From the IMG/VR virus record IMGVR_UViG_3300048577_000101, positions 1 to 39,795 of that record: a DNA stretch of 39,795 nt. One strand, 5' to 3'. The notes below the pieces were generated by a model. That model made no database searches and was not told the origin of the DNA. It saw only the letters and a list, made by a program, of their open reading frames with translations. Positions 1 through 8,574 of this stretch are shown here, piece after piece. The first letter of the stretch is position 1, and each line of letters opens with the position of its first letter. The position numbers and the translations under genes are program-made. This DNA is from a virus. Taxonomy: Duplodnaviria; Caudoviricetes.

Positions 1-101
1 CAAGGACGGGTCTTGCTTCCAGCTTCGCCTTGAGGGCGGCGACCATTTCTTTGCGGCTGGCCATAACGATTGATTCCCGTGAGGTTGTTTGCACGGGAGG
101 G

Positions 102-129
102 ATAATAAGACACTCTGTCTTTAAGTCAA
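102..129 (-). promoter_or_regulatory. PL-like leftward sigma70 promoter
   Basis: Minus strand TTGACT (129-124), 16 nt, TATTAT (107-102); overlapped by two operators. Confidence 0.65.
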
Positions 130-144
130 GGACTATTTGTCTTA
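106..144. promoter_or_regulatory. Two left operators (OL-like)
   Basis: TAAGAC-actct-GTCTTT (106-122) and AAGGAC-tattt-GTCTTA (128-144); same 17-bp GAC-N5-GTC palindrome as at 964-1037. Confidence 0.8.
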
Positions 145-157
145 TTAAGCGGAGGGC

Positions 158-658
158 CTACCCCTCGGATATGGCGTAAGGGTTGAGGCCCTTTTTCCGG
201 CACATATTCGGGACGATCTCGGCATAGCCGGGTCGCGGATCGGCGGTCGCGACTATTGATCCGCCAATGATTTTTCCGTTCGTGATGAAGATCATGCCAA
301 TGTAGGGATTGGCGCCCGTGTATCCGCCATAGCTGTTCTTGGCGTTGACCATGCCGCAGTAGTCAAGAGCGCTGTCAGCGGGAAGGCGCTTCGGAACCTT
401 CGTCCACTGGAATTGAGCTGATCCTGGGTCTTTCAGCGACGATGCGAAGCCCTTTGTGAGCAGCGCCTTCTCTTGAGCGGTCAGCGATCGCATTTCTGTC
501 GGAGGTAGGGGCTCGATCGCTGGCTCTTCGGCCGCCTTGGGCGGCGGCGGCGCTGCTGCGTAGCAACCCGCTAAAAGCAGGGGCGCCAGCGCAATTCCCA
601 ACCGATGCCAGAGAGTCTGATTTTGGCTGGGTTGGTGCGCTGATGCCCGCTGGGTCAT
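158..658 (-). CDS. Lipoprotein co-transcribed with repressor (possible superinfection exclusion)
   Basis: Lipobox LLLAGC; LKDPxSAQF and CGxVNAKNSYGGYTG motifs; ATGA overlap with repressor stop. Confidence 0.75.
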   Translation of the reverse strand: MTQRASAHQPSQNQTLWHRLGIALAPLLLAGCYAAAPPPPKAAEEPAIEPLPPTEMRSLTAQEKALLTKGFASSLKDPGSAQFQWTKVPKRLPADSALDYCGMVNAKNSYGGYTGANPYIGMIFITNGKIIGGSIVATADPRPGYAEIVPNMCRKKGLNPYAISEG

Positions 659-963
659 GCGATTCTCGGCCTCGGTTTGGGTTTTCTGCCCCGCTTCTCG
701 ACCGGCCTTTCGACGACAGGGCCGCTGAATAGCCAGCCAGTTGGTTTGTCGACCAGGCCGCAGAAGATCGGAATCAGGTAGTGCGGCATCATAGAGCGCG
801 TCTCGTATTTGCCATAGGTGCTTGCCGGCGCGGGGTCATCCTCCTTCGCCAAGCCAAGGGCTATGGCCATCTCGGCCTGAGTAAACTTGGCATCATACCG
901 CGCCCGGGCAACCCGGGCCGTGAACTGCTCTTTGAAGTCTCTGACCGACTTTGGCTTTTTCAT
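655..963 (-). CDS. CI-like XRE HTH repressor, 102 aa, no S24 autocleavage domain
   Basis: ARARYDAKFTQAEMAIALG...STYGKYETR HTH; divergent from cro-like gene; ATG at 963. Confidence 0.8.
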   Translation of the reverse strand: MKKPKSVRDFKEQFTARVARARYDAKFTQAEMAIALGLAKEDDPAPASTYGKYETRSMMPHYLIPIFCGLVDKPTGWLFSGPVVERPVEKRGRKPKPRPRIA

Positions 964-1037
964 AAGGACAGCATGTCTTTGGGGATGTTCCCCGTCAGCC
1001 GACACGTTGTCCTTGAGTTTTAAGACAAATGGTCTTA
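964..1037. promoter_or_regulatory. Three right operators (OR-like) with divergent promoters
   Basis: AAGGAC-agcat-GTCTTT (964-980), GCCGAC-acgtt-GTCCTT (998-1014), TAAGAC-aaatg-GTCTTA (1021-1037); candidate -35 TTGAGT at 1013. Confidence 0.8.
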
Positions 1038-1048
1038 TTCGATTGGGT

Positions 1049-1282
1049 ATGCCTGATTCGCTCTCATTCAGATCCATCATCGAGCTTTGGGAATCCCGGG
1101 ACGCAATGGCTTCTGAAGTCGGCGCCCGTGCGCCGGCAATCTCAAAGTGGTGGCAGCGCGACAACATTCCCTCGGAATGGTGGACGCGCGTTCTGGCGAC
1201 TGAGAAGTGTAGAAGCGCCGGTATCTCGGCTGATGATTTGGCCAAATTGGCTGCAAAACAAGTCGACGAGGCCCGCGCATGA
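1049..1282 (+). CDS. Cro-like HTH protein
   Basis: FRSIIELWESRDAMASEVG...AISKWWQRDNIPSEWW; position opposite repressor. Confidence 0.8.
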   Translation: MPDSLSFRSIIELWESRDAMASEVGARAPAISKWWQRDNIPSEWWTRVLATEKCRSAGISADDLAKLAAKQVDEARA

Positions 1283-1538
1283 CGCTTCCGCACGGGAAAA
1301 CGCAGAACTATTCCCATTTTGTTTATTTCCCCAGCAAAGGGGCGACCGTCCGCCGCCGGACGCCGGTTGAGGGGATATCGTATGACAACTTTGTCGCAGG
1401 GAACTCGTCTTCTCGACTAACGAGTCAATATGTCGCACCTCAACTCCTGAGCGACACGCGCCAAGATAGAGCGCAGCGTCACGGACGCGGGCTGCAAGTT
1501 CGATCGACAGTATTGATGTTGCGTGGGGGTGCATGTTC

Positions 1539-1799
1539 ATGGGCGAATCAAGCCAGCGACGGCGCCGCCGGTCAAAACGACTTAGGGAAGAAAACTTCCC
1601 TATCTCTCTTTTCGGTCGCTGCGTCGTCATCGCAGCGCGAGGCGTCAAGCCTGGAGACTGGCTCGCCGAGCAGATCAACAAGCAGGGCGGCAAGTGCACG
1701 CCCCGCAACGCCAACCTCATCATTTCAGGCAGGCAGAAGCCGAACGCGCAGGCTGTGCATGCGCTCAACGGCGCTCTGCTCGCCGACGGAATCCCGTAG
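1539..1799 (+). CDS. Putative CII-like regulator
   Basis: Small basic protein after cro; HTH-like WLAEQI...TPRNANLIISGRQKP; function by position only. Confidence 0.45.
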   Translation: MGESSQRRRRRSKRLREENFPISLFGRCVVIAARGVKPGDWLAEQINKQGGKCTPRNANLIISGRQKPNAQAVHALNGALLADGIP

Positions 1800-2150
1800 C
1801 GAAAGCAACCAGAGGCAAAGCCGGAACGGCTGGGGTCAGAGGCCCCGTAAGACGATCGACCGCCGGAACGGGGTTGCGAGTAGGCGCATCGCGACGCGGA
1901 TCGCGAAGGCGTGGGGTGAGATTCCCCACGCCACCAATTCACTTTCGGACGGCAGCTTTACGAGGTCTCTACCCCCAGGAGAGATCGAGCCTTCGGTGAC
2001 GCTGGCTTCGCTGCCGTCCGGATCCAGTTCGGGTGACGGCCTTGGCATCCATCAGCCCGGGTCAAATACACGGGGTACCAGAGCAAAGGTTAAAACTCCG
2101 TCGGGAAGGGCGCGTGACCGCGCTATGTGCCCCGCCGTCGCCCGATTCAT
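1800..2150 (+). ncRNA. Structured non-coding region in early right operon
   Basis: Stems 1908-1916/1924-1932, 1946-1956/2010-2020, 2029-2040/2134-2145 with inner hairpins; G-U pairs favour + strand. Confidence 0.45.
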
Positions 2151-2165
2151 TCAAGGGAGGGCGGC

Positions 2166-2432
2166 ATGAACTCGGTCCCGCTTGTCGATGCCACACGCCG
2201 TCTCGGCGCGCCGCCGAACTGGAACCATGAGACCGACGGCATCTGCCACACGCTGGAAATTTGCGACCGTGACGGCTGGATGATTTCCGGCTGGATGCCG
2301 ACCGACGCGGAGCGCAAGCGCATCATGCAGGGCGCCGCCATCTTCCTGCACATCCAGGGTGTCGCCCATCCCGTCGTGGCGATGACCGTCAGCGAATTAG
2401 TTACCGAACTTGCGAGGCCCAGCACCGAATAG
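2166..2432 (+). CDS. Hypothetical phage protein
   Basis: GGGAGG RBS, phage-like codon usage. Confidence 0.7.
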   Translation: MNSVPLVDATRRLGAPPNWNHETDGICHTLEICDRDGWMISGWMPTDAERKRIMQGAAIFLHIQGVAHPVVAMTVSELVTELARPSTE

Positions 2433-2550
2433 CTGATCCATCCTCGCCCACCAGTTCCCAGTAAGCGTTCCCTGCGTATCGACCTGCCGCACGTTCGATC
2501 ATTTTCGAGCGCGAGGAAACTTGTCTCTCAAACAGGCGAGGGCCTGCTGA

Positions 2551-2712
2551 ATGTTCACCGAACTCCGCATCATGCTCGCCGAACTGCTCCTGATGCAGGC
2601 CCAACGGGTCATGCCATCACATGCACCAGAGGCAAAGCCATTGGCAGAAGCCCTCGACCTGTATTTCCCGCAGTCGGCGCAGATCGCCAGGTGGGAGAAG
2701 TTTCCGGCATGA
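2551..2712 (+). CDS. Hypothetical protein (53 aa, MFTELRIMLAELL...)
   Basis: Hand-translated; ATGA-coupled to next gene. Confidence 0.55.
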   Translation: MFTELRIMLAELLLMQAQRVMPSHAPEAKPLAEALDLYFPQSAQIARWEKFPA

Positions 2713-2867
2713 GCGCCCGCATCCTCCACCACGTCACCTATGACCGTGTGCGGGACTGGCTCCTCTGCGGCTGGATGGTCGTGATCCCGAACGGCCCCGC
2801 GCACCACCACCATTACGGCATCGTCATGGAATGGCTGTGCGACTGCAAGATGCCGAGGCCCAAATGA
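2709..2867 (+). CDS. Hypothetical protein (52 aa, MSARILHHVTYDRV...WLCDCK)
   Basis: Hand-translated; ATGA overlaps at both ends. Confidence 0.6.
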   Translation: MSARILHHVTYDRVRDWLLCGWMVVIPNGPAHHHHYGIVMEWLCDCKMPRPK

Positions 2868-3073
2868 CCGATCCCGTGAATCATCCTCCGCACTACAAGT
2901 CGGCGTCCGGAATGGAAGTGATCGACGTGATCGAAGGCTTCGGTCTCGGCTTCCACGAGGGCAACGTCATCAAGTACCTGCTGCGCTGGCGGCAGAAGGG
3001 CGGCGCCGAGGACCTTCGAAAGGCACGCTGGTATCTCGATCGGTTCATCGAACAGGAGGCCCCGCGTGGTTAA
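2864..3073 (+). CDS. DUF3310 family protein (T7 gp1.7-like)
   Basis: DPVNHPPHY...GNVIKYLLRW..KGGAEDLRKARWYL signature. Confidence 0.9.
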   Translation: MTDPVNHPPHYKSASGMEVIDVIEGFGLGFHEGNVIKYLLRWRQKGGAEDLRKARWYLDRFIEQEAPRG

Positions 3074-3851
3074 AACGCGACTGGATATAGCTGGACATCG
3101 GTTTGGCCGATTAGTGGCGGTGTCTCCGCATAGTCAGGATCGGTTCCGCCGCTGGAGGTGGGTGTGCCGGTGCGATTGCGGGTCGATCACGATCGCCGCC
3201 TCCAATAACCTGCGCACTGGAAACTCAAAGTCTTGCGGATGCCTCGACGCGGAATCTTCGGGAAAAACCGGTAGTCGACATTTTTCGAGTTGTCGCGGGG
3301 AAAAGCATTACCGTTGGGTGGCGGACAGAAGGAAGGTTACCGGCCGCCCAAGTTCGATCAAGCGCTGGCGGCAAGGCGTTCTCCGCGATTCGGTCTGCTT
3401 CAAATGCGGGGCGGCCAATCAACTTCACGCGCACCATGCAGATTCCTATTCGGGATCGCCCAGTAGGAGGCTTGATCCAACAAACGGCGTCGCCCTCTGT
3501 GCGCGCCATCACAGGGAATTCCACGCGATCTATGGTCGCGACGAGGTTCGGCAAGAGCAACTGCACGAATATCTCGGATATCCGCCCATTGAGCGCACCG
3601 TGATCGACCTGCCATTGGCGATACCGTCCGATGAGCATCTTCGGCTGATCACAGAGGCCGTCGTTTCCGGAGATCTGGAAAAGGCCCGCTGGTACATCGA
3701 GCGCGAGATCGCGCGCATCAAGGTCGCGGCGACCGCCTCGGTACTGGAAATCCCCGAAGGGACATTGCCCCGCCCGATGACGCCAGAAGAGGCGTCGGCT
3801 TTCAAGCGCAGGTGGTGGAACTCCATTGCAAAGGGGGTTGATCTGGCATGA
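3066..3851 (+). CDS. HNH homing-type endonuclease fused to a DUF3310 C-terminal remnant
   Basis: RFGRLV...WVCRCDCG...SKSCGC N-domain; CFKC...HAHH...NGVALCARHH HNH; DLEKARWYIERE tail. Confidence 0.8.
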   Translation: MVKTRLDIAGHRFGRLVAVSPHSQDRFRRWRWVCRCDCGSITIAASNNLRTGNSKSCGCLDAESSGKTGSRHFSSCRGEKHYRWVADRRKVTGRPSSIKRWRQGVLRDSVCFKCGAANQLHAHHADSYSGSPSRRLDPTNGVALCARHHREFHAIYGRDEVRQEQLHEYLGYPPIERTVIDLPLAIPSDEHLRLITEAVVSGDLEKARWYIEREIARIKVAATASVLEIPEGTLPRPMTPEEASAFKRRWWNSIAKGVDLA

Positions 3852-4054
3852 CCATGCAACCCATCCCCGACCTTTTCCCCGAGCCCGACATCATCTCGAT
3901 GCTGATCGAGGAATCCTTGCCCTGGTTGCCTGAATCCTGCGCTGCGGCTGCGATCTTCCTCGCAGGACTCACCATCGCAGCCATCATCTCCAAGGTCAGG
4001 GAACAGAAGTCTCCGGTCGAGAAGCTGGTTCGCCGGCGCGGGTTTGGGGTGTGA
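3848..4054 (+). CDS. Small membrane protein
   Basis: One hydrophobic helix; coupled overlaps. Confidence 0.55.
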   Translation: MTMQPIPDLFPEPDIISMLIEESLPWLPESCAAAAIFLAGLTIAAIISKVREQKSPVEKLVRRRGFGV

Positions 4055-5361
4055 GCATGGGGCCGCTTGTCGATCAACGTTCGCCAGGATCGTTCGCCGA
4101 TACGCTGCAGCGCGATCCGGAAGCATGGGCGCTGCGCATCAACTCGGCTTGGCGGCGCTCGCTTGAGTCCGTAATCGAAACCGGGCGCCTGCTGATCGAC
4201 GCAAAGGCCAACCTGGTCAAGCGCGGGCAGTGGGAGCAGATGATCGGGACGCTGCTCGACTTCTCGCCGGACACCGCGCAGCGGCTGATGGCGATCGCCA
4301 GAGACGAGCGCCTGACCAATCCCGCACATGTGCGGTTTTTGCCGCGATCCTATTCGACGCTTCATCTTCTGACCAAGGTTCCTGACGAGCAGTTCGCGCG
4401 CGGCCTTGCAGAAAAGATCATCAACCCGGACATGGAGCGGAAGGACGTTGACCAGCTCCGGCCGGAACGAATCCCTGAGCCCGCAGAGAGCGGTGATCCT
4501 GACCAGAACGTAGCCGGAGGGCCATTGGAGCGCCCGTCGATGGCAGCGGAGCAATCGGGGGAGCAGGACGCGGGGGAGACGACAGAGGCGGGCGCAAGCG
4601 GCTCGTCGTCTCCGGCTTTGCTTGCGCCAGTCGACCCGGCGGCTGTTGAGGGGGCGAGCTCGGACGCGAGCACGCAAGCACCACCGGCGGTTCTTCCAGG
4701 CGGCGGCCTCGCCATCGCCCACCGCCGCGTCGAGCCGGGCGATAGCCTCGATTTCTTCCCGACGCCACCCTGGGCGACGCGGGCATTGATCGAGCACGTA
4801 TTCGATCGCCTCGGCCGCCGTGGTCACTGCGGCTGGCAAGTCTGCTGGGAACCGGCCTGCGGGGAAGGCCATATGGCCGAACCGCTCGGGGAATACTTCC
4901 GGGAAGTCGTCGCCAGCGACATCAAGGACTATGGCTACGGCGATCACACCGTCGATTTCCTGAAATGCGAGCAGCTTGCTCGGAAATACGATGCCGACTG
5001 GATCATCACGAATCCGCCGTTCAACGACAGCGCCGAGTTCGTCCTGAAGGCGCTGCAGCTCGCCGGCACCGGCGTTGCCATGTTCGTCCGTCTGTCCTGG
5101 TTGGAGTCGGTCAAGCGCTACAACATGATCTTCCGCGACAACCCGCCGACGCTCGTCTCGATCTTCAGCGAGCGTGTCCCGCTGCACAAAGGGCGCTGGG
5201 AGGATGAAGGATCCACGATGACGGCCTACACTTGGCTGACGTGGATCAATGGCGCGTCACCGCAGGCGCCGTTCTGGATTCCGCCCGGCTGCCGCGAGGC
5301 GCTGACGAAGCCGGATGACGCGACGCGCTTTGGGGCAAAGACAGCCGAGGCCGCCGAATGA
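4051..5361 (+). CDS. DUF3102-like domain fused to N6-adenine DNA methyltransferase
   Basis: IETGRLLIDAK...TAQRLMAIA N-domain; DFFPTPPW, EPACGEGHM (motif I), ITNPPF (motif IV). Confidence 0.85.
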   Translation: MSMGPLVDQRSPGSFADTLQRDPEAWALRINSAWRRSLESVIETGRLLIDAKANLVKRGQWEQMIGTLLDFSPDTAQRLMAIARDERLTNPAHVRFLPRSYSTLHLLTKVPDEQFARGLAEKIINPDMERKDVDQLRPERIPEPAESGDPDQNVAGGPLERPSMAAEQSGEQDAGETTEAGASGSSSPALLAPVDPAAVEGASSDASTQAPPAVLPGGGLAIAHRRVEPGDSLDFFPTPPWATRALIEHVFDRLGRRGHCGWQVCWEPACGEGHMAEPLGEYFREVVASDIKDYGYGDHTVDFLKCEQLARKYDADWIITNPPFNDSAEFVLKALQLAGTGVAMFVRLSWLESVKRYNMIFRDNPPTLVSIFSERVPLHKGRWEDEGSTMTAYTWLTWINGASPQAPFWIPPGCREALTKPDDATRFGAKTAEAAE

Positions 5362-5588
5362 AGCCCGGCATGTTCATCGATCCCCCGCCCGCACTCTTAC
5401 GCAAGCCTACGGCTGCACCGACGGTGATGCCGGCAGAATGCATCGCACTTGCCCTCACAGCCTCGGAATGGAAGCCGGGACACATCATGGACCCTGACGG
5501 AACAGTGGTGCAGCTCGTGCTGCAATCACTCCGGCATGAGGGATGGAAGATCGTTCCGATGGAAAGGGGAGATTATGAGAGAGGCTAA
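5358..5588 (+). CDS. Hypothetical protein
   Basis: ATGA-coupled in operon. Confidence 0.55.
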   Translation: MKPGMFIDPPPALLRKPTAAPTVMPAECIALALTASEWKPGHIMDPDGTVVQLVLQSLRHEGWKIVPMERGDYERG

Positions 5589-5826
5589 CGTGTCCGATCT
5601 GCTCGATCTCGCCCGCGCCGGCAATCAAGTTGACCTGGTTCGCGCCCTCGAATTCGAGACGGCGTGCGTGCACTGCGTCGGTCAGGGCGGCAGACAACTG
5701 ACGGAATCCGAAAAGCTCATCGATGAAGCGCTCTGGTACGCCAAGCACGGCGAACTCGATGAAGCTGCTTATCGGCTCTCGATGGTCGATGACGACGAAG
5801 AAAACGACGGGGAGGACTGCGAGTGA
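5575..5826 (+). CDS. Hypothetical acidic protein
   Basis: GGGGAG RBS, ATG 5575, stop overlaps dnaN start. Confidence 0.6.
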   Translation: MREANVSDLLDLARAGNQVDLVRALEFETACVHCVGQGGRQLTESEKLIDEALWYAKHGELDEAAYRLSMVDDDEENDGEDCE

Positions 5827-6920
5827 AGCTGATCTGCGAACGGGACGCCTTGCGCGCAGCACTTTCCCATGTCGCCAGCCGGGCGCGTAACAAGCTGAAT
5901 GTGCCGATTCTTCAGAACGTGAAGATCGACGCGCAGGGCAGGAATCTGCTGTCGCTGACGGCGACTGATCTCGACACGCGCTGTGTCTCGACATGCGCGG
6001 CGGAAATCTCAGCGCCCGGCGCGACAACGGTTTCGGCCGATCGGTTGGCGCGTCTCGTGGATGGCCTGCCGAAGGGTGCGCAGGTCACGTTCGATCTTCG
6101 TGGTCATGACATGCACGTCATTTGCGGACGGTCGAACTACAAGCTTCCGACCATGCCGGCGACCGATTTCCCCGAGTTCTCCGAAATCAACGGCGCTACA
6201 GACCTGATCCTGAAGCCTGCCGAGGCGAAGCGACTGTTCGGCGAAACCTCTGCGGCGCTGCCGACCAACGACACACGCGTCTATCTTACCGGCGCGTTTC
6301 TAACCCAGCGGGACGACGGCCATATCATGGCTACCGCCACGGACGGGATCAGGCTCGTGCGCCTGGTGCTGGCAAGCGAGACGAAACTGCCTCGCGGCTA
6401 CATCATCCCGAAGCCTGCAATGGCGGAGATCGTGAAGCTTGCCGCCGCCGGCGACGTCACGATCCGCTGCAACGACAGCCTGATCGAGGCGCGGGCGGGA
6501 ACCGTCGTCTTTACCAGCAAGCTGGTCGATGCGACCTATCCCGATCTCGACCGCATTATCCCGCCTGCGGCCAGCGCCTTCATCGAAGTGGATCGCGACG
6601 ATTTCCTTGCGGCGTTTCAGCGGCTGGAAGGCCTCGAAAACGAATACAGCACGATCAACCTGCGATGGACGAATGGCGCATCGGCCATCGAGATGGCGCT
6701 GACGGGCGATGGATCTGGCTCCGAAACCGTACCCTGCACGTGCGAGGCGTCCGACGGCGAGATCGCCTTCAAGCCGAGCGTTCTTGGCGCAATGCTTGAT
6801 GTGCCCCAAGGCGAGGTGATCCAGCTTCATATTCGCGACACCAACGGACCTATGCGGATCGTCGATCCATCCGATCCCGAACTCACTGTCGTTGCGATGC
6901 CCTGTAAGGCCAGAAACTGA
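5823..6920 (+). CDS. dnaN: DNA polymerase III beta sliding clamp (phage copy)
   Basis: 365 aa; PILQNV, LTATDL, ATDGIRL, SKLVDATYPD, VAMPCK motifs. Confidence 0.93.
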   Translation: MKLICERDALRAALSHVASRARNKLNVPILQNVKIDAQGRNLLSLTATDLDTRCVSTCAAEISAPGATTVSADRLARLVDGLPKGAQVTFDLRGHDMHVICGRSNYKLPTMPATDFPEFSEINGATDLILKPAEAKRLFGETSAALPTNDTRVYLTGAFLTQRDDGHIMATATDGIRLVRLVLASETKLPRGYIIPKPAMAEIVKLAAAGDVTIRCNDSLIEARAGTVVFTSKLVDATYPDLDRIIPPAASAFIEVDRDDFLAAFQRLEGLENEYSTINLRWTNGASAIEMALTGDGSGSETVPCTCEASDGEIAFKPSVLGAMLDVPQGEVIQLHIRDTNGPMRIVDPSDPELTVVAMPCKARN

Positions 6921-6991
6921 CTGCCAGCGCACGGATGAAAGAACCCGCGCACACGCCTGCGCATAGTCCAAACCCTTGAGAGGCCAGTTCC

Positions 6992-7333
6992 ATGAGCGAA
7001 GTCACGATCGAGCTTCCCGGCCATGCGCCGATCCACACCACGACGGAAGCCATGCGCCGCGCAGCCAACAATATGAAGGCAACCGAGGATCGCCCCTCTA
7101 CCTCCTTCGCCAAAGACCAGCTCAAGGCCATCATCGAGCGCATCGAGCGTCTCGAGGAAGAAAAGGCCACCATCGCAAGCGACATCAGGGACGTCTACGC
7201 CGAGGCGAAAGGCAACGGCTTCGACGTCAAGGCGCTCCGAACCATCGTCCGCATGCGCAAGCAGGACGCAGGCGAACGCGCCGAGCAGGAAACCATCCTG
7301 GAAACCTACATGCAGGCGCTGGGGATGCTGTGA
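6992..7333 (+). CDS. gapR: GapR / DUF2312 nucleoid-associated protein
   Basis: [57 protein letters not shown]. Confidence 0.92.
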   Translation: MSEVTIELPGHAPIHTTTEAMRRAANNMKATEDRPSTSFAKDQLKAIIERIERLEEEKATIASDIRDVYAEAKGNGFDVKALRTIVRMRKQDAGERAEQETILETYMQALGML

Positions 7334-8040
7334 TGGAAATATCGCGCAGAACTGTTCTTGCCGGCCTGGCTGCAACCGCGGCCGCTGCATCGCTTCCGCT
7401 CGCGCCCGCTGTCGAGGCTGCGATTGTCGAAGTGCCCGCCGCTGCACCTGTGCCCGATGGTTGGTGGGGCTACTCGTTTGACGGCGAGTTCTGGAATGGC
7501 CCGTTCGCTTCACGCGAGGATGCCTTGGCGGAAGCGCAGGGCGATTACCCGGAGGAAGCATGTCTGACCGGACGGTGCATTCCCCATCAGATGGATGCCC
7601 CTGACCTGCGCGAGGCATGCGTTCTATGGCTGCACGACGGCTGCACCGAGGATAGCCTTTACGGCGACATCTGTTGGCTCTTCGAAGGTGCCAATGAGGA
7701 TCATGACTACGAAGGCGAAGTCCACGATGCATTGTCGGTCGCGGACTGGAATCCGCTTATCGCCGATCTCAAGGACATCTTCGCGGTTGCTGTCTTCCGT
7801 CACGGCCGCGCTGACCTGATCGGCGCCATTATTGCCGGCGCCGAAGTAGATGCACCGTTGGTGTCCGACGACCTGGACCCGCTTCTCGTTGCACTGGAAA
7901 ACGACGATCTATTCGAAGCCGAACTGACGGCTGCGGCCGAGGCCTGGATGGTCGCGCAGAAGCTCAAGGATGCGCCACGCCGACTTGATCTGCGGGAGGA
8001 AGAGTCTCACCCTGCTTTGGAGCCGGAAGAATCGGCATGA
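7333..8040 (+). CDS. Acidic protein with twin-arginine-like signal peptide
   Basis: [22 protein letters not shown]; TGATG coupling to gapR. Confidence 0.7.
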   Translation: MEISRRTVLAGLAATAAAASLPLAPAVEAAIVEVPAAAPVPDGWWGYSFDGEFWNGPFASREDALAEAQGDYPEEACLTGRCIPHQMDAPDLREACVLWLHDGCTEDSLYGDICWLFEGANEDHDYEGEVHDALSVADWNPLIADLKDIFAVAVFRHGRADLIGAIIAGAEVDAPLVSDDLDPLLVALENDDLFEAELTAAAEAWMVAQKLKDAPRRLDLREEESHPALEPEESA

Positions 8041-8192
8041 CACCCGACCAGCTCACCCAATTCCGCGCGGCCCTCCAAGCCAACCGCCAGCCCATCACCC
8101 GAACAGAACAATACGCCCATCCAAGAGGATGGAACGACGCCCTCGATTTCGTCGAGCGGACATTGAAGGAAATGCTGGGGGAGAAGCAATGA
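8037..8192 (+). CDS. Hypothetical protein (51 aa, MTPDQLTQFRAAL...)
   Basis: Hand-translated; ATGA overlaps both sides. Confidence 0.6.
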   Translation: MTPDQLTQFRAALQANRQPITRTEQYAHPRGWNDALDFVERTLKEMLGEKQ

Positions 8193-8371
8193 TAGACCGA
8201 CAAAACGGCGGCATCATCTACGTCGAATGCGATAGCTGCGACGAAGTCCTCGACACCGAGACCAAGGACTTCGAGGAAGCCCGCAACGTCATGCGCCGCG
8301 AGGGCTGGAAGGTCCGCAAGATCGCCGAGGAATGGCTGCACGGCTGCCCGAATTGCGGGGTGCCGACGTGA
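8189..8371 (+). CDS. Small zinc-ribbon protein
   Basis: CDSC...GW...HGCPNC. Confidence 0.7.
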   Translation: MIDRQNGGIIYVECDSCDEVLDTETKDFEEARNVMRREGWKVRKIAEEWLHGCPNCGVPT

Positions 8372-8574
8372 GCAATCTCAAGGACATCGTCCCGCAGGTC
8401 GAGCTCGACATCGAGGGCAGCGTCGTCGTGATCGAACTGCATTGCTCGGACGCCTATGCCGCGCGCGTGCTGTTCGACGACATCGCACAGAGGATCACGT
8501 CGGGCGCGATGGTGCTGAGGCTCGCTGGGGAGCGGATCATGGAGGGGGAGAATGCCAATGGCCAAAGTCAATAG
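8368..8574 (+). CDS. Hypothetical protein
   Basis: GTGA coupling, in-operon ORF. Confidence 0.55.
   Translation: MSNLKDIVPQVELDIEGSVVVIELHCSDAYAARVLFDDIAQRITSGAMVLRLAGERIMEGENANGQSQ

Noticed and set aside
964-1317. 220-aa version of the repressor ORF
   Set aside because: The extension runs through the operators and antisense to cro; the HTH protein starts at ATG 963
1383-1395. GACAACTTTGTC as a sixth operator
   Set aside because: Spacer is 6 nt rather than 5 and the flanks do not match
1908-1936. Real tRNA gene
   Set aside because: Only a hairpin plus ACCA; no D or anticodon arms and no TTC in the loop
1279-2169. 296-aa plus ORF and 266-aa minus ORF (1142-1942)
   Set aside because: Ser/Arg-rich, non-protein-like, and overlapping the CII-like gene and structured RNA
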